This document shows, piece by piece, positions 16,546-25,263 of a stretch of DNA of 64,000 nt. Positions within the stretch are counted from its first letter, which is position 1. Each line of letters starts with the position of its first letter. The notes beneath the pieces were generated by a model. The model had not been told where the DNA came from. It made no database searches and was given only the letters and a program-made list of their open reading frames with translations. Position numbers and translations under genes: made by a program. Source of the stretch: Chloroflexota bacterium (GTDB lineage: Bacteria > Chloroflexota > Anaerolineae > UBA4142 > SHND01); the NCBI GenBank assembly GCA_016209205.1, contig JACQWQ010000042.1, positions 13,917 to 77,916 on the forward strand, written 5' to 3'.

Positions 16546-17727
16546 GCACAACGGGGAGCGCAAGCCGAGACAAACGCCGCGTTCGCGCTCCCGCAGCTCG
16601 TCCGCTGGCTCGCCATCGCCGCAGTGATCGAGTGGCTCGTCGGGCGAACGCTCACGCGCGGCGCGTACTTTATCCCCAAAACATCTCCGGTGCTCGGGTT
16701 GTATCAAGGGCTAACGCTCGTTGGGCAATTCGCGTTTACGCTGACCGGCGTCTTGGCTTTGGTTGCCGCAGGATGGCTCGCCTGGCGAATGCGCGCGGAA
16801 TTGCGCGGGATATTTTCGCTGATGTTGCTCGCGCTGCTCGCCGCGAGCGTGGGGTTTGTGTTCGTCGCGCCATCCGCCTGGGCAAGGGTGGGCTATCATC
16901 TGCTAGTGCTGAGCGCGTTAGTACCCATACTCCGAAATCTTTACGCAAAAAGCAAAGATTTTCCACCGCGAATCCCCGCGAATCTGCGCGAATCGGGATG
17001 CGAAAAAATTCGCGTAGATTCGTCGCGCGGAGTTCGCGCAAAGATTCGTGGTTTCTTGATTGGTTTCAGCTTGTCCGAGTTAGGAATGGTTGCTCTGCGC
17101 GCACATCCGATCTTTCGCTTGTCCGTTTGGACATTGCCTGCGGCGGCGATGATCGTTGGAGAATTGTATTTGTTGGATGGCGCGCTCGCCAACGCGCTGC
17201 ACGCGCAAACCGTGACGCCGTTGAGTTCCGCGTTATACAACACGGGAGAGCTGCTCGTCGTCGCCACTCCCTTTGCTATGTGGTGGATGTATGCGCGCCG
17301 CACCTCCGGTTGGATGTACGCCACCGCCGCAATTCCCGCCCTCGCGTTCGCGTTGGCATACTGGCGCAGTCCCGCTTTGACAGGCATCGTAGCAATGTGG
17401 TCGCTTGGGTTGTCGCTGTATCTGCCGTGGGTTTTGTACGCCGTGAGCGCGTGGCTGATGGGTGTTGCGCTTTTGACGTTCTGGCGGCGCGACGTTAACG
17501 CGTCGCCACATCTCGAGTGGGCAGTGCTCTTGATGATCGCGACTGGTTATGCTCCGCCGGTTTCAACGCACGCGCTGCTTGGACTGATCGCGCTGTGGCT
17601 CTTGACGCGCGCGGATAGAGAAAACGGGTTTGGGTTCAATGCTCGCGCCAATCCGGCGGAAACGACGGCGGCGGCGGATAGGGCGCGGGATTCCTTTGTC
17701 GCGCGCGCGACAGCCACGCGGCAGTGA
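16516..17727 (+). CDS. Polytopic membrane protein of unknown function (start uncertain); contains an in-frame element
   Basis: About 10 hydrophobic segments; the hydrophilic insert LYAKSKDFPPRIPANLRESGCEKIRVDSSRGVRAKIRG corresponds to the element at 16934-17084. Confidence 0.7.
   Translation: MHNAECRMLDAQRGAQAETNAAFALPQLVRWLAIAAVIEWLVGRTLTRGAYFIPKTSPVLGLYQGLTLVGQFAFTLTGVLALVAAGWLAWRMRAELRGIFSLMLLALLAASVGFVFVAPSAWARVGYHLLVLSALVPILRNLYAKSKDFPPRIPANLRESGCEKIRVDSSRGVRAKIRGFLIGFSLSELGMVALRAHPIFRLSVWTLPAAAMIVGELYLLDGALANALHAQTVTPLSSALYNTGELLVVATPFAMWWMYARRTSGWMYATAAIPALAFALAYWRSPALTGIVAMWSLGLSLYLPWVLYAVSAWLMGVALLTFWRRDVNASPHLEWAVLLMIATGYAPPVSTHALLGLIALWLLTRADRENGFGFNARANPAETTAAADRARDSFVARATATRQ
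16934..17084. mobile_element. Palindromic MITE/REP-like element, family A (copy 2, inside a CDS)
   Basis: Reverse-complement homolog of 6041-6215. Confidence 0.8.
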
Positions 17728-18841
17728 TAAAGGTTGTGATGGGCACGGCGAGAATCAATCCGATGCTGGCAACCAGCGTGCGCACGATTTCTTCCGCGAT
17801 CATTTCAAAATTGATGGCGACGTCAAATGACACGGCACTGCTGCCAAAGAGCAGCAGCAGCGGGAGCGCCGCGCCCGCGTACACCAAAACCAACGTGTTC
17901 ACCAGCGACGCAATGTGGTCTTTGCCCACGTCCATCGTCCGCGTATACAATTCTGAAAAACGGATTTGCGGTGACGCCGCTTTGAGTTGAAACGCAATCG
18001 CCGCTTGCGACACGGTAATGTCGTCAAGAATCCCCAGCAGCCCAATCAGAATCCCCGCCAAATACAACCCTTGTATATTCAACGCGCCTTCACTCGCGCG
18101 GGTGAGAAACACGGTCTCTTCTGCGCCAAAACCACTCAGGCGCGCGGCTTGGATAAAAATTACCGCAAGGATCCCCGTACAAACCAACGCGATCAACGTC
18201 CCCACAATCGCCGCCGTCGTTTTGCGATTTAGCCCGTGCGACAAGTAAAACGTGACGGCGATAATGACCGCCGCGCCCGCCATGACGACGATCAACGGAT
18301 CGCCTCCCGCCAAAATTTGCGGAATGATGAATTGAAAGATGATCAGAAATGACAACGCCATGCCGCCCAATGAAGCCATGCCGCGTTTGCGCGCGACGAC
18401 GATGGTAACGACGCCAAAGAGGGCAAAGAGCCAGTAGAGCGGCGCACGGCGAATATATTCGGTGATGTACGCGAATTCACTCCCGTCGGGGTTTTGCCCC
18501 ACTTCGATCATGACCCCATCTCCCGGTTGAAGCGTTTGCGCATTCGGCACGTTGATCATTTCTTGTTCGAGCGTCAAGCGCTCGCCGCGCCGTTCACCGT
18601 TGGTTATTTCCAGCTCGATTGTCGTGTGCGTCTCGATGCCTTCGGTGGTTTGCACCGCATTCTCGCGCAGCACCTTGGTCACCACCGCGTCATACGTACG
18701 CGGGCTGCCTTGCTCTGAAACATTTCCGGCAACCTCCGCGCCAGAGCTACATGCGGACAAGCTTGCCAAACCCAAGAGTAAAAGAACGATGCCCCAATGC
18801 GCCCACCGGGCGGCAAGGGACATGTACGGTTGTCTTGACAT
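17636..18841 (-). CDS. YibE/F-family membrane protein
   Basis: GILIGLLGILDDITVSQ, GKDHIASLVNTLVLVYAGAALP, AEEIVRTLVASIGLILAVPITT. Overlaps the convergent membrane gene by ~90 nt. Confidence 0.85.
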   Translation of the reverse strand: MSRQPYMSLAARWAHWGIVLLLLGLASLSACSSGAEVAGNVSEQGSPRTYDAVVTKVLRENAVQTTEGIETHTTIELEITNGERRGERLTLEQEMINVPNAQTLQPGDGVMIEVGQNPDGSEFAYITEYIRRAPLYWLFALFGVVTIVVARKRGMASLGGMALSFLIIFQFIIPQILAGGDPLIVVMAGAAVIIAVTFYLSHGLNRKTTAAIVGTLIALVCTGILAVIFIQAARLSGFGAEETVFLTRASEGALNIQGLYLAGILIGLLGILDDITVSQAAIAFQLKAASPQIRFSELYTRTMDVGKDHIASLVNTLVLVYAGAALPLLLLFGSSAVSFDVAINFEMIAEEIVRTLVASIGLILAVPITTFITAAWLSRARQRNPAPYPPPPSFPPDWREH

Positions 18842-18858
18842 TTGATCTACTCGCAGGA

Positions 18859-18912
18859 GCGGAGTTTAACTCCGGGTTCGTTGCGGCACAGCAGTCCAAC
18901 TGCTGTGCCGTC
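18859..18912. repeat. REP-like double hairpin, family B (GCGGAGTTTAACTCCG / CAGCAGTCCAACTGCTG)
   Basis: Related copies at ~25200-25250, ~35178-35232 and ~39078-39132. Confidence 0.7.
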
Positions 18913-18927
18913 AAACGCGAGTTATAC

Positions 18928-19420
18928 CTCACCTTACGCACCGTCATTTCGAGATGCCCATCACGCGCGGGCGTGATGTTTGATGCTTGTCCCGAAGAAT
19001 TGAGGGAACAGAAACTTTGTCAACGCGAATCTACGCGAATTGGCGCGAACGCCGCGCCACGAATCTAAAAAAGATTTTCGCGTAGAACCGAAGCACTGAG
19101 GGATTAGTTTGGATTCGCGTAGATTCGTGTTTCCCGTCCGACGACTCAATCGGTGCGTCGGAAGTTTCTGAGCAGGAGAGCGAGAAATCTCAATTGGTGA
19201 ACGCCGAGATTTCGCACGCGAACTGCGCGTGAGCAAAACTTGTGGCGATGCAGTTCATCGCATGAAGAATTGAGGGAACGGCTGCACAGGACTTGTCATA
19301 TCGAGCGGGTTTCGAGCGCAGTCGAGAAAGATATCTCACTCCGTTCGATATGACAGTCCTGAGCCCATACAGCCCCTGCGGGCTGACCATCTCGAAATGA
19401 CATTCACTGCGTAAGGTGAG
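18928..19420. mobile_element. Composite MITE-like element, family C (GTCATTTCGAGATG terminal inverted repeats), nested in an outer hairpin
   Basis: IRs at 18943-18956 and 19388-19401; outer IR CTCACCTTACGCA / TGCGTAAGGTGAG; a ~70-bp internal block is nearly identical to 58194-58266. Confidence 0.8.
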
Positions 19421-19488
19421 TTATAATACACAGGTCAGTTGACAATGTCGCATTGGTCGCAAGGCACAAAACGTTTCACATCCGAAAA

Positions 19489-20172
19489 ATGATAAAACTC
19501 GCTGCTTCCGTTCTCTCTGCCAATTTCGCGCGGCTCGAAGCGCACGCCCGCGAGGCGCTCGCCGCGGGCGCGGATTGGCTACACCTGGACGTGATGGATG
19601 GACATTTTGTCCCAAACATCACATTCGGTCCCGCTATCGTTCAGGCATTAAAGCCCCTGCGCGATGAAACCGGCGCATGGCTTGACGTGCATTTGATGAT
19701 CGAACAGCCCGATCTGTATCTGGCGGATTTCGCCAAGGCGGGCGCGGATATACTGACGGTGCAGGTGGAGGCATGTCCGCATTTGCACCGCACAGTTCAG
19801 CACATCAAAGAACTGGGCGTGCGCGCGGGCGTCACCCTCAACCCCGGAACTGCCCTGTCGGCGGTGGAAGAGATTTTACCGTACGTTGACCTCTTGCTCA
19901 TCATGTCGGTCAATCCCGGTTTTGGTGGACAGAGTTACATTCCCACCAGTACGGCAAAAATCGCGCGCGCGCGCAAGCTGTTGGACGCAATCGGCTCGTC
20001 CGCGTGGCTGGAAGTGGACGGCGGCGTGAAACCGGGCAACGCGGCAGAAATCGTCGCGGCGGGGGCAAATGTTTTGGTCGCGGGCACCGCGATTTTTCAC
20101 GGCGATGTCGCGGCGAACGTGCGCGCCTTTCGCCAAGCCAGCATTGGGAATGTGTCATTTCGAACGGAGTGA
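19489..20172 (+). CDS. rpe: Ribulose-phosphate 3-epimerase
   Basis: ASVLSANF, HLDVMDGHFVPNITFG, DVHLMI, MSVNPGFGGQ, EVDGG, VAGTAIF. The last codons and stop lie in the element at 20153-20255. Confidence 0.96.
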   Translation: MIKLAASVLSANFARLEAHAREALAAGADWLHLDVMDGHFVPNITFGPAIVQALKPLRDETGAWLDVHLMIEQPDLYLADFAKAGADILTVQVEACPHLHRTVQHIKELGVRAGVTLNPGTALSAVEEILPYVDLLLIMSVNPGFGGQSYIPTSTAKIARARKLLDAIGSSAWLEVDGGVKPGNAAEIVAAGANVLVAGTAIFHGDVAANVRAFRQASIGNVSFRTE

Positions 20173-20255
20173 GAAATCTCGGTTTCGGACCGAGATTTCT
20201 CACTCCACTACGTTCCGTTCGAAAACCTGTCCGTCCCGAAGGATTGAGGGATGAC
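20153..20255. mobile_element. TGTCATTTCGAACGGAGTGAGAAATCT palindromic element (family C-related)
   Basis: Internal hairpin GAGTGAGAAATCTCGG...CCGAGATTTCTCACTC; shares motifs with 58971-59060. Confidence 0.7.
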
Positions 20256-20367
20256 CATTGTGACGCACTGTGACAATGTGCTGGTGTTTTCGCGCGCGCA
20301 AATGCGCTGCAAATCGCGAGCGACTTGCAGCGCGCGGACAACCCCGTGGCGTGTTATGCCAAGCGCG

Positions 20368-20913
20368 TTAGATCGGGTAAAAGGGCAAAACCAAAAGCAC
20401 GATCAACGAGCCAAAACACAGAAACGGCGCATAAGGCAATTCTGTTTTCGCGGTCCCGCGTTTTGTGAGCAGCATCGTTACGGCGACTGCGCCGCCGCCC
20501 AATACCGCGATTAACAAAACCCACACGATATTGGGAAAACCAAACAAGAGCCCCAGTAATGTGACCAACTTGATGTCACCGCCGCCAAGTTGATGCGGAT
20601 GTACGATGGACGTAAGCGCAAAGGGCACAAACGCAAAAAGCGCCCCGGCTAACCGCATCCATGCCGTTCCGGGCTGGAGCAAAACCAACAACAGCGTGAG
20701 CGCGCCAAGCGGCAGCAAGAGCACATTCGGAATTTTCTGTGTCTGCCAATCCACGTACGAAATCACGAGAAATGCCAACACCAACGCGGCTTGCATGAAA
20801 AACTGCCAGGTCAACTCAAAGCGTCCCAACAGCAAGAGCAGCAGCAAGACGCCAATCAGTCCGAGATTCCGAAACATTTCGGTTTTGTGCGTAGACATGT
20901 TCATAGGATTCAC
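20368..20913 (-). CDS. A24 prepilin / pre-archaellin peptidase (short PibD/ArlK/TadV-like form)
   Basis: Two catalytic Asp motifs (SYVDWQTQKIPN, LGGGDIKL), multiple TMs, and a C-terminal LPYAPFL. Confidence 0.88.
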   Translation of the reverse strand: MNPMNMSTHKTEMFRNLGLIGVLLLLLLLGRFELTWQFFMQAALVLAFLVISYVDWQTQKIPNVLLLPLGALTLLLVLLQPGTAWMRLAGALFAFVPFALTSIVHPHQLGGGDIKLVTLLGLLFGFPNIVWVLLIAVLGGGAVAVTMLLTKRGTAKTELPYAPFLCFGSLIVLLVLPFYPI

Positions 20914-21914
20914 CTCTGTGGGCGCGCGGACGGACGCGTCGTAAAGAAATTCTTGAGCTGTTTCACCATCTCGTGCGCACGTGTGAGCAGCTCGTCAATC
21001 GGAAGGTCAGGCAAATTTTTGACCAGCGCTTCGAGCGCCGACAACGAAACATCCTCTTCTTCAAACAAATTCGCCAAATCTTTTAACAGATTTTTATCTT
21101 CGGCTGCTTTTTCATCTCCCTCTTCTTCTGTGTCAATGACCGGTGCAGCGGGCTGGAGCGGCGGTAATGTCGCGCCCTCACTCGGCTCTCCGGCATCGGG
21201 CGCACCGATGACCGTATCGGGAGAAATTTGGTTCGCATCGTCCACAGCACCCGGCACAACATCCTCACCCAACCCCTCTGGCGTTCCGTCCGCGTCGTCG
21301 CTCCGCGCCCCTGCCGTGCCCAACTCGAGCGTGTCCGGGATGCCCAAGGCAGCCGCTTCGGCGCGACGTGCCTGTTCCAATTGTCGTTCGCGCCACGCGG
21401 GCAAGACGACCAGCCAAACTCCAATGATCAGCGGCAGCAACGATGTCACCACCGCAAGAATCAACAGCGGTTGCGTCAGCCCGACGACGAACGGCGAATC
21501 GGGCGGCGCCAGATCCAAAGCTTGCGCCAACGCGGCGACGTGTGTCCGCGTCTCACTGCTTTTGCTTTCCTGCAGAATGGCAGCCATCAACGTCGTCAAT
21601 TCAGCCGGATCATAACGGCTCAATTGCGCCCGGGCTTGCAGCGCATCGAGCGTGTACCAATACTTGTCGGCAACGGCAATGATGTACTGGCGCGTTGCCG
21701 AGCTATTCTGCGAAACCGGCAGCAGCGCGCCGAGGTCAAACCGAAACAAATACGAACCAATGAGCCCACCGACCATCAAGCCCAACGCCAAAAAAATCAT
21801 GAACTGTGCGAGCGCGTTGAGACGCGACGGCGCAGGACGCCCCGGCGCGCGCGGCGACGGCACAGACGCTTGCCATGCCGTCACAAAACGAGAAAGCGGA
21901 TGAAGCGCGGACAT
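20910..21914 (-). CDS. Hypothetical bitopic membrane protein with acidic low-complexity tail
   Basis: Two TM segments, a helical domain between them and a D/E/P/G-rich C-terminus; starts 2 nt after the arlJ stop. Confidence 0.65.
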   Translation of the reverse strand: MSALHPLSRFVTAWQASVPSPRAPGRPAPSRLNALAQFMIFLALGLMVGGLIGSYLFRFDLGALLPVSQNSSATRQYIIAVADKYWYTLDALQARAQLSRYDPAELTTLMAAILQESKSSETRTHVAALAQALDLAPPDSPFVVGLTQPLLILAVVTSLLPLIIGVWLVVLPAWRERQLEQARRAEAAALGIPDTLELGTAGARSDDADGTPEGLGEDVVPGAVDDANQISPDTVIGAPDAGEPSEGATLPPLQPAAPVIDTEEEGDEKAAEDKNLLKDLANLFEEEDVSLSALEALVKNLPDLPIDELLTRAHEMVKQLKNFFTTRPSARPQR

Positions 21915-21916
21915 TT

Positions 21917-23410
21917 TCACATCACCATGAGGACCAGATTTGGAATGAACATATAACACAGCCCCGCAGCGAACAACAGAATTGCCAAATAATAAGTTAT
22001 CTTGATGAGATGCGCGCCTTCGCTGGCGACGATGGCAAACGCGCTAATGACGGCGAGAATCAAAATCATGCCAATGACCAGCATCCCCAAAAATTCCACT
22101 TGCGGCGCATTGAAATTGAACATATTGCCCAAGCCGAGCGCCGCCGCGGACGCGCCGCCTTCTTCCAATTCTTTAGCCGCTTCCGTCAGCTTGAGCGCGA
22201 ATTGCCCCAAGATGCCGAGCAAGAAAATCATTAATCCCGACATGACCGTGTGCATGACAATGACGAGCCACGAAAACGTTGCCGCCACACCGCGCCGCTG
22301 CTGCCGCAGCATTGCCGTGCGCATCGAATACTCGCTGGTGAGCTTGCCGATGCGCTCCGGGTCGCCGCCCAGATTGATTGCTTCGTAAAAAATACCAATC
22401 ACTTGCTGCACGAGTTTGCTGCCGGTTTCAGCCCCAAAACGTTCCCAACACAGTCGCGGTTTACCGAATGCCTTGAGGCGCAAATCCAATTTGTGAATGT
22501 CGGGCTCGAGCGCGGGAAACGAATCTATCTTGATGCTTGCCAACGCTTCTGTCAACGTCGTGCCGCGCGAAGTTGCCGTACCGCCAAGTGAGCGCAGGAA
22601 CGAACTAATCTCGTCATCTTTGCGCACCGTCTCTTTGTCCGCGCGTCGCGCCGTCCAACCGACGGGGAGAAGCAGCGCAGCGGAAGCCAGCAGCACGTAC
22701 GTTTTGTCCATCTTGAGCGCCAACAACAGCAGCGCGGTCATGATCGCGAGGGGCACGAGGACGAAAAACAATTTACGCGCGCGTCGCTGGGCTGCCGACC
22801 CGAGGAGGAGCGGCACGCTGATTTGATCGGGCGGCGACGCGCGCAAAAGGACCCACGCGACGCCGAAACTCGCCGCCACCGCAATCATCACCATTAACAG
22901 CATGGTCGAAAGCTCGATGTTGTAAATCATCGTCGCGACCATGTTGATGATTACAATGAGCGCGGAGGAAACGGTCACCGCCGCGTACGCGTCGTTCCAT
23001 TTTTTCAGACTCTCCAAACTGCGCGTGTAATCATTCGTGTACGCTTCACCCATCACACTGGCTTCGCGTTGCAAAAAACCGGGCAGCGGTTCGCCGGAGC
23101 GCAGCGCGTCGGACAAACGCAAGAGAAAGGTTTTGACCAAATCGGGCTTGGCGGTTTCGCCGATGAGGCGCACCGCGTCGGGATAGTTGTAGCGCAAATT
23201 TTCGGCGACCTGATGGATATTGTGGAAAAAACGCGCCGGGGGACACGCCAGCTCGCGCGCGAGTTGAAACGTGCGCGCCCGCGAGATTCCGGCAGCCGCC
23301 GTCGCAGACATGTACGTCAACTGCTGAAAGAGGTCATAGCTCGTAATCTCTTCAAAATAATTTCTAATTCGATTGTTGGATGTTGCGGCTACCGTTGCCA
23401 TCGCCATCAC
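21917..23410 (-). CDS. arlJ: Archaellum membrane platform ArlJ (FlaJ)
   Basis: T2SSF-like repeats: DLFQQLTYMSATAAAGISR, LLRLSDALRSGEPL, SFLRSLGG, FYEAINLGGDPERIG; multiple TMs; follows arlI. Confidence 0.88.
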   Translation of the reverse strand: MMAMATVAATSNNRIRNYFEEITSYDLFQQLTYMSATAAAGISRARTFQLARELACPPARFFHNIHQVAENLRYNYPDAVRLIGETAKPDLVKTFLLRLSDALRSGEPLPGFLQREASVMGEAYTNDYTRSLESLKKWNDAYAAVTVSSALIVIINMVATMIYNIELSTMLLMVMIAVAASFGVAWVLLRASPPDQISVPLLLGSAAQRRARKLFFVLVPLAIMTALLLLALKMDKTYVLLASAALLLPVGWTARRADKETVRKDDEISSFLRSLGGTATSRGTTLTEALASIKIDSFPALEPDIHKLDLRLKAFGKPRLCWERFGAETGSKLVQQVIGIFYEAINLGGDPERIGKLTSEYSMRTAMLRQQRRGVAATFSWLVIVMHTVMSGLMIFLLGILGQFALKLTEAAKELEEGGASAAALGLGNMFNFNAPQVEFLGMLVIGMILILAVISAFAIVASEGAHLIKITYYLAILLFAAGLCYMFIPNLVLMVM

Positions 23411-23493
23411 CTCACTGCTATATTTTCAGTGTAACACTCGACCCACGCGCGCCTCAATACCCCGAATTGGCTAGCCGAAGCGTACTATACCGC

Positions 23494-25179
23494 TCACAAT
23501 AACTTTTGTCGCTGGGCTTGGGCAATCACGGCAAAGATTTCGTAAAAGTTCTTGAGTTTCTTTTCGAGGTGCAGGCGTTGGAAAATTTTCGCGCGGCGCT
23601 TGAGCTCGGTGTAAATCATTTTGCGCTTGAACGGCGGGATGCCGCGTTTGAGCGCGATCTTTTCTTCCAACACGAAACTGTTCATAAAGCCCGGGAACTC
23701 GAACGTGTCCGTGGCGGGATTCCAGCGAAACGCTTCGACGACCGAAAAACTTTCGGTCGTCGGATCGTAACCGACAATTTCGTTGATGCTCAAAACCCGG
23801 CGCGTCATGCCCTTGCCGGGGACTTTGACGGCGGCTTGAATCAAAACCACGTCAAGATTGTCTACGTACGAGCGCGGAATGTTGATCGGATCGCCCGTGA
23901 GACGTTGAATCAATTTTTCCACCGACGCGGCGTGAAAGGTGGATATGACGCCGTGCCCCGTCTGCATCGCTTGAAAGGCAATCGCGCCTTCGACCCCGCG
24001 AATTTCGCCGACGATAATGCGGTCGGGGCGCTGCCGCAGCGCCGCGCGCAAGAGATCGAACATCCCTACTTCACTGCCCGTATTTTCTTTGCCCGAACCG
24101 CGCGTGGTCTCGCGAATCCAATTTTTGTGCGGCACTTGAAGTTCGGGAGTATCCTCGATGCTCACGATTTTCCGGTCGGGTGGAATGAACGTCGTAATCG
24201 CATTCATCGTGGTCGTTTTACCGGAAGCCGTCGCGCCGGCGACAAACATGTTCAAACCTTCTTCGAGCGCAAAGGAGAGATATGCCGCCATCATATAGTC
24301 CATTGTGCCGAAATCCACGAGCTCGAAAACGCTCGTCGGAATGCCCATGAATTTGCGGATGGTAAAATTACTGCCGCGTTTGCTGACGTCGGTGCCATAG
24401 ACGATGTTGATGCGTGAGCCATCGGGCAGCGTCGCGTCCACGATGGGGTTGCGCACCGTGACCGGATGCTTGATCATTTCGCCGAGCCATATTACAAACT
24501 CGTCTAAATCGTCTTCGGCGGCGAAATTGGTGGTAGATTCGACGCTCTTGAAAATTTTATGCTCGACAAAGACCGGGCCCACGCCGCTGCAACTAATATC
24601 TTCAATCGCTTCGTCATACAGCAGCGGCGATAAAATCCCGTAACCGATTTTGTCGCGGTTGAGCAGGTACTTGAGCGCCTCCAATTCGCGCGCGGAAACC
24701 ACGATTTTGCCGCTCTCGCCCGTCAGCGTCGTGATCGCATCAATCGCTTTGTTCAACGCGCTGCGTTTTTCGTCGTTGTTGGCCGCCGCGCCAATTTGAT
24801 CCACATAATCCAATAAACGCGCTTCGACTTCCAGTAGAACGTGATCCAGTTGTACATTCAAATGCGGTTCGATGGGCACGTACGTATCGCGTTCACTTTT
24901 TTCATTCGGATAAATGTGAACGTACAAACCATTTTTAATCGGATAAATCAAATTGCGGCGTTCGAGATACTGCAAATCGCGTGACAGCTTCGGATAGTAT
25001 TCCGGCACGCCGATCATATTCATCGGAACGAGGTGCAAGTATTCTGACAAGAACGCGCTAGAGTCTGCGGCTTGTTGCAATGGTTTCGGCAAAACGCCGC
25101 GCAAGCTGCACCGCGCGCCATTGTCGCACGCGGGCTTGGGTTTTTCGGGCAGCTCGAACGGTAAATGTGTGGTGGTCAT
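23494..25179 (-). CDS. arlI: Archaellum motor/assembly ATPase ArlI (FlaI)
   Basis: NLIYPI...YVHIY, RDKIGYGILSPLLYD..IEDISCSG, Walker A GATASGKTT, ALRQRPDRIIVGEIRG, FQAMQTGH, STFHA. Confidence 0.93.
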   Translation of the reverse strand: MTTTHLPFELPEKPKPACDNGARCSLRGVLPKPLQQAADSSAFLSEYLHLVPMNMIGVPEYYPKLSRDLQYLERRNLIYPIKNGLYVHIYPNEKSERDTYVPIEPHLNVQLDHVLLEVEARLLDYVDQIGAAANNDEKRSALNKAIDAITTLTGESGKIVVSARELEALKYLLNRDKIGYGILSPLLYDEAIEDISCSGVGPVFVEHKIFKSVESTTNFAAEDDLDEFVIWLGEMIKHPVTVRNPIVDATLPDGSRINIVYGTDVSKRGSNFTIRKFMGIPTSVFELVDFGTMDYMMAAYLSFALEEGLNMFVAGATASGKTTTMNAITTFIPPDRKIVSIEDTPELQVPHKNWIRETTRGSGKENTGSEVGMFDLLRAALRQRPDRIIVGEIRGVEGAIAFQAMQTGHGVISTFHAASVEKLIQRLTGDPINIPRSYVDNLDVVLIQAAVKVPGKGMTRRVLSINEIVGYDPTTESFSVVEAFRWNPATDTFEFPGFMNSFVLEEKIALKRGIPPFKRKMIYTELKRRAKIFQRLHLEKKLKNFYEIFAVIAQAQRQKLL

Positions 25180-25263
25180 AGGTCGAGTAAGTGTAAATAG
25201 GCAGTTGAACTGCCGTGGGTCAACGCGCAGTCCAACTGCGCGTTGACAAGCCGAACCAGCGGT

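Noticed and set aside
23494-25179. Tad/CpaF or type II secretion ATPase interpretation
   Set aside because: The N-terminal NLIYP/VHIY and RDKIGYG motifs, plus neighbouring arlH, arlJ and archaellin, identify it as ArlI.
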